64,000 bases of DNA from an uncultured Acidobacteriota bacterium (GTDB taxonomy: Bacteria; Acidobacteriota; JAQAZP01): positions 2,560,001-2,624,000 of the forward strand of contig CAWIIB010000009.1 in the NCBI GenBank assembly GCA_963836075.1. Reading direction: 5' to 3'. This document shows, in pieces, positions 9,697 to 19,901 of the stretch (the first letter of the stretch is position 1; each line of letters begins with the position of its first letter). The notes beneath the pieces were generated by a model. That model saw nothing but the letters and a program-made list of their open reading frames with translations, was not told the DNA's origin and searched no databases. Made by a program: the position numbers and the translations under genes.

Positions 9697-9820
9697 GGGG
9701 ACGTAGATAAAAAGTATAACTTCCGAGGGCCAAACCCGGTCTGGCACTGCTGAAGCTGATTGATAAAGGTGTCATGGCTGCCGATATCATCCGGAAGTTA
9801 TGCTTTTTATCTACGTCCCC
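9697..9820. repeat. 124-bp element bounded by 29-bp inverted repeats (MITE/REPIN-like or invertible segment)
   Basis: GGGGACGTAGATAAAAAGTATAACTTCCG (9697-9725) vs CGGAAGTTATGCTTTTTATCTACGTCCCC (9792-9820): 28/29 complementary, 66-bp spacer. Confidence 0.85.
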
Positions 9821-9835
9821 CTTTCCGCTCCTGCA

Positions 9836-9864
9836 TTGCCATACACACCGTTGGCGATTACAAT
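9836..9864 (+). promoter_or_regulatory. Candidate sigma70 promoter for the glycosylation genes
   Basis: TTGCCA-N17-TACAAT, about 65 bp upstream of ATG 9929. Confidence 0.55.
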
Positions 9865-9928
9865 ATGCGCAATTACTGAAACCAGAACGAGTAACGTCCA
9901 TTTCCGGTGCCTGGCCAGGGGAGCGTCG

Positions 9929-11735
9929 ATGCGCACGGGCAAGGTGAACTCAGACGACCTGCTGTTCTATCTTGTTCTATTCGTGGTGTTCCTGAACCTG
10001 GTGTTGCCGGGTGAGACCTGGTTCCAGACCCGGGCCCTGAGCCAGTTGCTGGTCTTTTCCGGGTTCGGCGCCCTGCTGCTGCTCCGTTCCCGGGACGGCC
10101 GTGCAGACCAGCCGTCGGTGGGCCGGACCGCGGGCCTCTTCTCCCTCTTTCTGCTCTGCTTTCTGCCCTCGATGCTCTTCTCCTCCTGCCCCGGCCGCTC
10201 CCTGGAGGCCCTGTCGCTCTGGCTGGCCTATCTCGCGCTCTTTCTGATGGCCCGTCGACTGGAACCGGACACGCGCCGGACGGAGCGGGCCCTCACCGTA
10301 ATCTGCGTGGCCACCGTGTTGCTGCTGGTCTACGGCCTCTACCAGTATGTCACCGAGTTTGGCGGCCTGGCCGTTGATGTGGCCGGGGATGCGACGCTCA
10401 CCGAAGGTCAGCGGGCCGACATGCTGGGACGGTTGGGCAGCCGGCGGATCTTTTCCACTTTCCCTCTGCCCACCACTTTTGCCGAGCTGGTGGTTCTGGT
10501 CACTGCCGCTGCTGCTCCACCGTCTCCGCGCCGCCTTGCGCAGCGGACGGCGGCTGGGCCTGGCCGGTTGGTCGGCCGCGGTCCTGCTGGCCGTCCTGGT
10601 GCTCCCGCTCACCGGATCCTACGGCGTCCTGCCGGTGCTGGCGGTGCTGGGATTCATCGCCCTGCTGTCCGGCGCCGCCCGCTGGTCCCCCCGCCGCCGG
10701 GCAGTGGTGGCGGCGGCGGCACTGCTGGGCGTGAGTATCGCCTTCCTGGTGCTGTTGCAGGTCCGGGGGTTCACCCCCTGGGCCGCGGATCAGGCGCACA
10801 ACCCGGTGAGCCAGCGGCTCTTCAACTGGCGTTCGGCCGCGTCCATCTGGCACGAGCACCAGCTGGCCGGGGCGGGCCCCGGAAACTTTGGTGTGGCCTA
10901 CGCCCGGCACCGCCTGCCCGGGGCCAACGAGACGGTGGTGGCCCACAACACCTTTCTCCACGTGGCGGCCGAAGGCGGCATCCTGCCCGGGGCGGCGCTG
11001 CTGCTGTTGGCCCTGCTGCTGGGCTGGCGTGCGCTGCGCAGGCTGGTGGCCGCACCGGCCGGGGGGGAGGGGGACGGTGCCCAGCGGGCCCTCTGCTACA
11101 CCGTGCTGGCCCTGCTGCTCTATGCCTGCTTCGAGATCACCGTGGAGTTCCCCGGGATCGGCTATCCCGGGATCTTTCTGCTCTCCCTCGCCTCCCTGCG
11201 TCTCTTTCCTCCACGGGGCCCGCTGCCGGTTCCGCCGGCCCGGGAGGGGGCCGCCGCGGTGCCGGTGTCCCTGCAGCCGGCGGGTGCCGCACTGCTGGCG
11301 CTGGTCCTGCTGGCCGGTTTCCTCTGGACCTGCACCTGGTATCGCGGCCAGGAGCAGTTGGCCCGGGCCATGACTCTGGCCGCGCAGGGGCCGGCGGTCC
11401 GGGAGGAGGCGCTGCGGGCGGCGGATGAGGCCTCCAACTGGGACCCGCTGAACCCGGAACCGCGGGCCGTGGCCGGCGCCCTGCTGTTGCTGGCCGGGTC
11501 CGAAGAGCATGATCCCGGACTGCTGATCAACGCCGGTGCGGCCTTCCGGTCGGCCGTGGCCCTCGATCTTCAGCGGGCCTTCTTTCACGAGCGGTTGAGC
11601 GTGGCCCACCAGGGGCTGGGGGAGGGGCTGGCCGCCCTGGTGGAGGCCGACAAGGCCTTTCGCCTCTATCCGCTGCAGCCCCGATACCGGGACTGGCGAG
11701 TGGAGATGCTGCGGCGGATGGGGGGAGGCTCATGA
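9929..11735 (+). CDS. O-antigen ligase/O-oligosaccharyltransferase (Wzy_C) family protein with TPR-like tail (apparent +1 frameshift near 10499)
   Basis: Multi-TM; RIFSTFPLPTTF, then in the next frame QRLFNWRSA..GAGPGNF..AHNTFLHVAAEGG. Confidence 0.72.
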
Positions 11736-13693
11736 GCGCTGGAGGGCAGACGGACAGCAGATGGTTCCTGACGGCCGGCGGGCCGGCGGCTCTGCTGCCC
11801 CTCTTCCTGCTTTTACCCTGGGGCGACGGGACCATGGCCGCGGGCAACCTGCTGGCGGTGCACCTGCTACTGCTGGTGGTCTTCTCCCTGCACCTTGCCG
11901 GGGGCCGCCGGTGTGCCGGGGAGGGAGAGGCCGTGACCCTTTCCCTGGCCGGGCTGGCGCTGGCCGGTGTGGCCGCCGTGGGGGCGGCGCGGGTCGTGCA
12001 TCAGATCGACCCCTATGGCGGCTGGCTGCAGCTGATCAACTATCTCTTCTTCGGCATGTTCTATTGTCTTCACGCCTCGGCGTGCCGGCGGGACACCCGG
12101 TGGGCGCCGGCGGCGATGCACTGGCTGCTGGCCGGCATCCTGCTCGCCGCCGGCTACGGTCTCTGGGAGCAGCTGCTGCACCAGCCGGGGCGGGTCAGCG
12201 GGCCCTTCCGCGACCCCAACCACCTGGCCTCGCTGATCTCCGCCGGAACGGCGGTGGTGCTGGCCCGGCTGGTCTTTGGCGCCCGGGGGCAGTGGCGCCG
12301 CCGCCTCTGGTGGACACTGCCCTTGATCCCCCTGGTCTGGGTCCTGCTGCTCACCGGTTCCCGGGGCGGTGTGCTGGCTTTCCTGGCACTGCTCACCGCG
12401 GCACTGCTCACCGCGGCGCTGCTGGCCCGCCGGCTGGTGCTGGCGCTGGTCCCCCTGGCCGTGGGGGCGGGCCTGCTGCTGGTGCCCAACCCGTTCCGCA
12501 GCTATCTCATCTCCATGGCGTCCAGCGACCCGTACGCCATGGAGCGGATCGGCATCTGGCGCTCGGCGCTGGAGATGATCGGAGCCCACCCCCTGGGGGT
12601 GGGGCTGGGCAACTACCGGCTCTTCTCCCCGGTGTACAACTTCCCGGTGGAGCACGCGGTGGCGCGCTTCGGCCGTGCGCCCCAGCAGGCGCACAACATG
12701 GTGCTGCAGCTGGTGGCCGAAGGTGGGCTGCTGATGATCCTGCCCCTGGTCCTCCTGCTGGCGGCCCTGCTGGCGGCCCTGCCGGCCTACCGCCGCCGCC
12801 GGGGGATGGTGGGGGACGACCCGGTGGCCGCCGGAGCCCTGCTGGGCCTGCTGGGTCTCGGAGTCCAGGCCATGGTCTCCAAAAACCTGGGCAACACCGC
12901 CATCTGCTGCACCATGCTCTTCTTTCTCGCCGTTCTGCGGGACCTCTGGCCCACCATTTCCTTGCGGGCGCCGCGCTCCCCGGGGCTGCCGGTGTGGGCC
13001 CGGACGGCCCTGGTCTGGTCCCTGGCCGCGGTGGTGGCCTGGTTTGCCGTCTGGGTCCCGTTCCACGGCGACCGCCTGGCGCGGGGGGCGGCCCTGCGGT
13101 TGGGCGACGGCGATCCGGCCGCGGCAGCGGCGCTGCTCCACCGGGCCAGCGCCGTAGTGCCCATCCAGTCGTACTACCACGGCCGTATGGCCGTCCTGCA
13201 CGGGATGCAGTTCCGCCGGACCGGCGACCTCGGCGCCTTTGCCAGTGCCGTCCGCTTCTACGACCAGGCTATCCTGCTCAATCCCCGTGAACTCTCTTTC
13301 CGGCTGGAGCGGGCCGGGCTCTTTCTCCACCTCTCCGGCAGCGGGCCCGGCCCCGCTGTTGCCGAGGCGCGGGAGACGGCCCGGCGCGGCTACCACAAGG
13401 CGCTGCAGCTCAACCCGCACCAGTTTGCGGTGCGGGTCATCCTGGCCGGGATGGACGCCGAGGAGGGAAACCGTGCCGGCGCGGTACGCCAGTTGGGACG
13501 GGCGGTGGCCGACGAACCGAATTTCATTCGCGGCCGGTTGAAGCTGGCCGACATGCTGGAGGGCCTTGGCCGGACCGGGGAGGCGGAAGAACAGCGGCGC
13601 GAGGCAGCGCAGCGGCGCCGGCTCTACCCCCAGCCGCTCCCCGGCTGGGGAGGCTACGAGCGGGAGCTGCTCCGTCCGGGGGCGGAGAAGTGA
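11732..13693 (+). CDS. Second O-antigen ligase/O-oligosaccharyltransferase family protein with TPR tail
   Basis: RVSGPFRDPNHLA, LTGSRGG, ERIGIWRSALEMI..GVGLGNY, AHNMVLQLVAEGG; helical repeats YDQAILLNP and YHKALQLNP. Confidence 0.78.
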   Translation: MSAGGQTDSRWFLTAGGPAALLPLFLLLPWGDGTMAAGNLLAVHLLLLVVFSLHLAGGRRCAGEGEAVTLSLAGLALAGVAAVGAARVVHQIDPYGGWLQLINYLFFGMFYCLHASACRRDTRWAPAAMHWLLAGILLAAGYGLWEQLLHQPGRVSGPFRDPNHLASLISAGTAVVLARLVFGARGQWRRRLWWTLPLIPLVWVLLLTGSRGGVLAFLALLTAALLTAALLARRLVLALVPLAVGAGLLLVPNPFRSYLISMASSDPYAMERIGIWRSALEMIGAHPLGVGLGNYRLFSPVYNFPVEHAVARFGRAPQQAHNMVLQLVAEGGLLMILPLVLLLAALLAALPAYRRRRGMVGDDPVAAGALLGLLGLGVQAMVSKNLGNTAICCTMLFFLAVLRDLWPTISLRAPRSPGLPVWARTALVWSLAAVVAWFAVWVPFHGDRLARGAALRLGDGDPAAAAALLHRASAVVPIQSYYHGRMAVLHGMQFRRTGDLGAFASAVRFYDQAILLNPRELSFRLERAGLFLHLSGSGPGPAVAEARETARRGYHKALQLNPHQFAVRVILAGMDAEEGNRAGAVRQLGRAVADEPNFIRGRLKLADMLEGLGRTGEAEEQRREAAQRRRLYPQPLPGWGGYERELLRPGAEK

Positions 13694-13786
13694 GGGAGAA
13701 CTGCGCAGCCGGGACTCATACTGGACGTTCATCCGGTCGATAGGAAGGAGAACAATGTTTTCCATCAAATCCTGGAGTCAGAAATC

Positions 13787-16412
13787 GTGAAAAAATCGGT
13801 CCCGGCCATTCTTGTTCTCTTCATCCTTTCCGGCTTTTGCGGTCTGGTCTACCAGGTTGCCTGGCTGAGAATGCTAACCCTGACCTTTGGCAGCACGGTC
13901 TACGCGGTGAGCACCCTGCTCACCGCGTTCATGGGCGGGCTGGCCCTGGGCAGCGCCGGTATCGGCCGGCTCACCCCGCGGATCCGCCGTCCGCTGCTGG
14001 TCTACGGCCTGCTCGAGCTGGCCATCGGCCTCTACGGCCTCTCCACGCCCTGGATGTTCAGAACCGTGGACGGTCTCTACATTCTGATCTACCAGCACTT
14101 CACCCCCGGCGCCTCGACTTTTGCCGCCCTGCGCTTCGTGATGGCCATGGCGATCCTGATCATCCCCACCATGCTGATGGGGGGCACTCTGCCGGTGCTG
14201 GCCCGCTTCGTGATCCGCAAACGGGAGCAGGCCGGCAGCGGCGCGGGGATCCTCTACTTCGCCAACACCGCCGGGGCGGTCCTCGGCTGCTTTGCCGCCG
14301 GGTTCATCCTCATCCCCGGCCTGGGCCTGCGGGCGGCGATCCTGGTGGCCGCCGTGCTCAACGGCCTGGTCTTCGTCTTCGCCGCCATGCTCTCCCGGCG
14401 TTTCGGCGAACCGCTGGAACCGGCGCTGGACGAACCGGCACCGGCGGCGGTCCCGGGAGTGTCCGCCCTGCCGGCGCCGCCCGGCGACGCGGCGTTTCGG
14501 CGGCTCTTCTTCGTCTTCTTCTTCCTCACCGGCATGGCCTCGCTGGCCTACGAGGTCTACTGGACGAGGATCCTCGTCCTCTACCTCGGCAGCTCGGTCT
14601 ACGCCTTTTCGATCATGCTGGTGGTGCTGCTGCTCGGCCTGGCCCTGGGCAGCCTGATCTGCGCCCCGCTCTGCGACCGGCTGCGGCCCGCCGGGCTGGC
14701 CGGCTGGTTCGGCGCGGTGGAGCTGGGTATCGGCGTGGCGATCCTGATTCAGGTGCAGCAGTTCAAGACTCTTTCCGAGACCATGGGCAACATGGGCCTG
14801 GCCCTGGGCACGCCGTCCTATCCCAAGATGATCATCGTCTTCTTTTTCGCCACCGTGCAGGTGATGCTGATCCCCACCGTGCTGATGGGGGCCAGCTTCC
14901 CGCTGGCCGCCAAGGCGGTGTCGGGCACCCTCAAGCGGGTGGGGCGGGACCTGGGGGACCTCTACGGCGTCAACACCCTGGGGGCCATCGTCGGCTCCTT
15001 CGCCGCCGGGTTCATCCTCATCCCGCTGCTCGGCGTCCAGTGGAGCATGGGGGTCACCGCCGCGCTCAACGTGGCCGTGGGCGGTGTGGCCCTGGTCACT
15101 GCCCGCAGGGGCCGGAGCGGGATGGCCCTCCTCGCGCCGCTGCCCGTGGTGCTGGTCCTGGTCTACGTGCTGCTTTTCAACGGCCTCTACCCCATGGACC
15201 AGGTGCTCACCTCGGCCGGGGTGTTCAACCACCGCGGGGCGGGCCGGGTGATCCACTTCGAGGAGGACGCCCAGGCCACCATCACCGTGGAGGAGATGAC
15301 CGACACCCGGGGCGACTGGCGTTCGATCAGCCTCAACGGGGTCAACGTGGCCGGGACGTCCATCGACCTGCTGGCGGTGCAGAAGATGCAGGGGCACCTG
15401 CCGCTGCTGATCCACGGCAACGCCAAGTCGGTGCTGCACATCGGCTTTGGCAGCGGCGGCACGGCCCATGCGGTGTCCAAGTACCCGGTGGAGCACATCC
15501 GGGTGGCCGAGATCAGTCCCGGGGTGATCCGGACCTCGGCCCGCTACTTCAAGGAGATCAACCACACCTTCTGGCTCGAGGACGACCGGGTGCAGATCAC
15601 TTACTGCGACGGGCGGAACTTCATTCTCGCCGCGCCGCAGACCTTCGACGTGATCCTCTCCGACTCCATCCACCCGCGCTACTCCGGGAACGGGTCGCTC
15701 TACACCAGGGAGTATTACGAGCTCTGCCGCAGCAAGCTCAACCCGGGGGGGATCGTCTCGCAGTGGCTGCCCTTTTACAGCCTCACCGACGAGAACCTGC
15801 GGATGATCTTCAAGTCGTTCCAGGCGGTCTTCCCCGAGACCTATGTCTTCTACATCAACTCCACCATCAACCCCTTCACCGTGGTGCTGGGCCGGGTGGC
15901 GGGGGAAAAGATCGACGTGGCCCGGATGGCCGAACTGCTGGCCATCCCCGCGGTGCGTGCCGACCTGGAGGACATCGGCCAGACCGACCCGGTGCGTATC
16001 CTGGACAACTTCCTCTTCGGCCGGGAGACGCTGGAGAGCTATGTCAAGGGAGTGCCCTTCCACACCGACGACTGGCCGGCGGTGGAGTATTTTTCCTCCA
16101 AGCTGCTCAGCCGCACCTGGAGCTGGCGCGACAATTTCGACACGCTGCTGGGCCAGCGCCATCCGGTGACTGCCCCTGCTGGAGTTGGGCGGGTTGCCGG
16201 AAGAGGAGCGGCTGCGGATCACCGGGGAACTGGAGCGGTCCTACCGGGCCACCGGCCACAACCTGGCCGGGCAGGCCCTCTTCCTCCACGGGGAGCAGGA
16301 TCCGGCGCTGGAAGAGTTCGCCACCGCCCTTGAACTGAACCCCGGGGACCAGGAGCCGTGGGAGTACACCCGCTTCTTCCTCACCGGCAAGGGGTTCCCG
16401 GCGGGGATGTGA
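13787..16412 (+). CDS. Fused multi-TM (MFS-like)/spermidine-synthase-like SAM-dependent transferase (apparent +1 frameshift near 16169)
   Basis: SGFCGLVYQVAWLR and GMASLAYEVYWTR duplicated TM halves; VLHIGFGSGGT, AEISP, DGRNF, FDVILSD, LYTREYY..LNPGG; TPR-like end in the shifted frame. Confidence 0.8.
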
Positions 16413-16427
16413 ACCGGAGGACCGGAC

Positions 16428-17769
16428 GTGGACACCGTCGTCATTCTGGGGGCCGGACTGGCCGGCCTGAGCACCGCCTGGCACCTGGGGGACAAGGCCG
16501 ACTGGGCGCTGTCACGAGCGCGGCTCCGAGGTGGGGGGGCTGGCCCGGACCATCCGCTGGGAGGACGGCTGCCGCTTCGACTACACCGGCCACCTGCTCC
16601 ACGCCAGCGACCCCGCTTTCGACCAGCTGCTGGACCGCCTGCTGCCCGGAGCGCTGGCCACGCATAGCCGGCGGGCCGGCGTGCAGAGCCACGGCATCCG
16701 CACCCCCTACCCCTTCCAGGCCAACACCCACGGGCTGCCGCCGCGGGTGGTGACCGAATGCCTGCTCGGCTTTGCCGAGGCCCGGGCGGAGGAGGCGGCC
16801 CGGCCGCCGGGAGAGCGGTCCGCGGCCGGGGCCAGCATGGCCCACTGGGTGGGCCGGACCTTTGGCGCCGGGTTCGAGAAGCACTTCTTCCGGCCGTACA
16901 ACGAAAAACTCTACCGCACGCCGCTGGAGGAGCTGGCCACCGACTGGGCCACCTGGTCGGTGCCGGTGCCCAGCCTGGATGAAGTGGTGGGCGGCGCCCT
17001 GGGGGCGCTGGACAGCGAGTTCGGCTACAACGCCACCTTCCGTTACCCGGCCAGCGGCGGCATCTCCGCCCTGCCCGAGGCCCTGGCCCGGGACCTCTGC
17101 CGTCCCGCGGAACTGGGGCGGGAGGCGGTGGCGGTGGACCCGGCCCGCCGGGTGGTCCGTTTTGCGGACGGCGGGGAAACTCCGTATGGCACTCTGGTCA
17201 GCACCATGCCGCTGCCCCGGCTGCTGGGTATGCTGGCCGGGACGGACCAGGGCTGGGCCCCCGGGGCCGCGGCCCGGCTGCGGGCGGTGTCGGTGGTGGA
17301 CGTGAACCTGGCGGTGGACCGCCCGGGGGTGATGGAGGAGAACTGGGTCTACTTCCCCGAGCCGGAGTATGCCTTCTATCGCGTCGGCTGTTTCAGCAGC
17401 TTTGCCGCCGGGGTGGCGCCTCCCGGAGTCTCCACCCTCTACGCCGAGGTGTCGGTCCCGCCGGGTGAGATCCCGGACCTCGATGCGGTGGAGCGGCGGG
17501 TGCTGGACGACCTGGTGGCCGCCGGCATCCTCCGCGGGCGCGAGGAACTGCTGCGCAGCGAGGCGGTGCACATCGACCCGGCCTATGTGATCCACGACCG
17601 GGACCGCCGCGCCGCGCTGGACCAGATTCTCCGGCGGCTCTCCGCTCGGGGGATCATCTCCACCGGGCGGTACGGGCGCTGGCACTACGGTACCATGCAG
17701 AGCGCGGTGCTCGACGGACGGGAGGCGGCGGGCCGGATACTGGACCGGCTGGCGGGGGGCGAAAAGTGA
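16428..17769 (+). CDS. FAD-dependent oxidoreductase, UDP-galactopyranose mutase-like (apparent +1 frameshift near 16512)
   Basis: GAGLAGLS, GGLART..FDYTGH, PYPFQAN, FFRPYNEK, NATFRYPASGG, WVYFPE..FYR, GRYGRWHY. Confidence 0.7.
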
Positions 17770-18914
17770 CCACGAAGCGGATCAAGGTGGTGCACATCAT
17801 CACCATGCTGGAGCTGGGGGGAGCCCAGGAGATCACCCTGCACCAGCTGGAGCACCTGCCTCGGGAGCGCTACGAACCGGTGCTGCTGGCCGGGCCAGGG
17901 GGCATCCTCGACCAGGCGGCCCGGGATCTTCCCGGCGTACGGGTGCACTTCGTGCCCCGGCTGGTGCGGCCGGTGCGGCCCTGGAAGGACCTGGGGGCGC
18001 TGTTCGACCTCAAGCGGATCCTGCTGGAGGAGCAGCCGGACCTGGTACACACTCACAGCAGCAAGGCCGGGATTCTCGGCCGCTGGGCCGCCCGCCTGGC
18101 CGGGGTGCCGGTGACGGTGCACTCGATCCACGGTTTCGGCTTCAACGACCACCAGCCCTGGCCGCTGCGCCAGGCCTATGTCCTGGCCGAGCGGGCCGCG
18201 GCCCGGGCCACCACCGGATTCACCGCCGACGCCGCGGACAATTTTGTCAAGGGGCGGCGGCGCCGGGTGCTGCTGGGCCGGCCGGAGCAGGTGCTGCGCT
18301 GCGCTGTCCAGACCGAGCGGTTCGCGCCTGTGCCGCCGGCGGTAGCCCGGCTGCGCGTCGAACTGCAGATTCCCGATGACCACCTGGTGGTGGGCATGGT
18401 GGGGTGCCTCAAACCGCAGAAGGCGCCGGTGGACTTTGTCCGTGCGGCGGCCCGGGTGGTGGCCACCTGCCCCCGGACCACCTTCTTCATCGCCGGGGAC
18501 GGCGTGCTGCGGTCCGCGGTGCAGGCGGCGGTGCAACGGCACGGCCTGGAGGGACGGTTCCGGCTGCTCGGTTGGCGGGACGACGTGCCGGCCCTGCTGC
18601 AGCTCTGCGACATCGTGGCCCTCTCCTCCCTCTGGGAGGGGCTGCCGCGGGTCTTTCCCCAGGCCATGGCCAGCGGCCGGCCCATCGTGGCCAACCGGGT
18701 GGACGGCGCGCCGGAGGCGGTGGCCGACGGGGTGAACGGGTTCCTGGTGGACCCCGGCCGGCCCGATCTGCTGGCCGCCAGGATAATCGAGGTGCTGGAG
18801 AACCGGGAGCTGAGGACGCGCATGGGGCGGCAGGCGCTGGAACGGGTGGAGCCGTTCACGGTGCAGCGGATGATGGCTGACCTGCAAGCCTTTTATGAAC
18901 GACTGCTGGTGTAG
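17766..18914 (+). CDS. Family 4 (GT-B) glycosyltransferase
   Basis: GGAQ, VHTHSSKAG, HSIHG, KPQK, SLWEGLPRVFPQAMASGRP. Confidence 0.88.
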   Translation: MTTKRIKVVHIITMLELGGAQEITLHQLEHLPRERYEPVLLAGPGGILDQAARDLPGVRVHFVPRLVRPVRPWKDLGALFDLKRILLEEQPDLVHTHSSKAGILGRWAARLAGVPVTVHSIHGFGFNDHQPWPLRQAYVLAERAAARATTGFTADAADNFVKGRRRRVLLGRPEQVLRCAVQTERFAPVPPAVARLRVELQIPDDHLVVGMVGCLKPQKAPVDFVRAAARVVATCPRTTFFIAGDGVLRSAVQAAVQRHGLEGRFRLLGWRDDVPALLQLCDIVALSSLWEGLPRVFPQAMASGRPIVANRVDGAPEAVADGVNGFLVDPGRPDLLAARIIEVLENRELRTRMGRQALERVEPFTVQRMMADLQAFYERLLV

Positions 18915-18938
18915 AATCGGACAACGGAGGAAGCGACA

Positions 18939-19901
18939 TTGCCAGGGGCTGAGAAACAGCAGGACGTGCTCCGGGTGGAGGGGTTGGCCAAGTCCTATCC
19001 CCACCCGATGACCCGCCGGAGCATGCCCGTTCTGAAGCAGATCGATTTTGCGGTGCGCCAGGGGGAGGTCTTCGGACTCATCGGCCCCAACGGCGCGGGC
19101 AAGACCACCACCATCAAGGCGATCATGGGCCTCATCGCCCCGGATGCCGGGCAGGTGCGGCTCTTCGGCCGCTCGGTGAACCAGGCGGCGGTGAAGGCGC
19201 GGATCGGCTTCCTGCCCGAGAACCCGTCGTTCTACGAGTATCTCACCGGTGAGGAATTCCTCGAATACTACGGCCGGCTTTTCGGCATGAACCGCCGGCG
19301 GCGGCGGGAACGGCTGCTGGAACTGCTGGCTCTGGTGGAGCTGGAACGGGCCCGGCAGCTGCCGCTGCGCAAATATTCCAAGGGCATGATCCAGCGCATC
19401 GGGCTGGCCCAGGCGCTGCTCAACGATCCCGACTTCCTGGTGCTGGACGAGCCGATGTCCGGTCTGGACCCCCTGGGCCGGCGATTGGTGCGCCGGATCA
19501 TCCAGGATCTCGGCGGCCAGGGCAAGACCATCTTCTTCACCTCGCACATCCTCTCCGACACCGAGCTGCTCTGTGACCGGGTGGCCCTGGTGGTGGGCGG
19601 CCGGCTGCGCGACCTGGGCCGGATGGACCCGCTGCTCAGCGAAGAGATCCGCGGCTACGACCTGGTGGCCGCCGACCTGGACCACGGCGCGGTGCCCCCG
19701 CCGGGGCGGCTGGTCTCGGCCACCGAGGGCAAGCTGCTCATCGCCCTCGACGGCCGGACGGAACTGCAGGACTACCTCCAGCTCCTCTTCCGGGCCGGGG
19801 GGCGGCTGCTTTCGGTGACCCCCCACGGCCCGTCCCTGGAGGACCGGCTGATGGCGGAGATGGCGAATGGGCGGGGCGAGATGGAGGAGGGCGGCCGATG
19901 A
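18939..19901 (+). CDS. ABC transporter ATP-binding protein (similar to Myxococcus PilH)
   Basis: GPNGAGKTT, YSKGM signature, LDEPMSGLDP. Confidence 0.9.
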   Translation: MPGAEKQQDVLRVEGLAKSYPHPMTRRSMPVLKQIDFAVRQGEVFGLIGPNGAGKTTTIKAIMGLIAPDAGQVRLFGRSVNQAAVKARIGFLPENPSFYEYLTGEEFLEYYGRLFGMNRRRRRERLLELLALVELERARQLPLRKYSKGMIQRIGLAQALLNDPDFLVLDEPMSGLDPLGRRLVRRIIQDLGGQGKTIFFTSHILSDTELLCDRVALVVGGRLRDLGRMDPLLSEEIRGYDLVAADLDHGAVPPPGRLVSATEGKLLIALDGRTELQDYLQLLFRAGGRLLSVTPHGPSLEDRLMAEMANGRGEMEEGGR

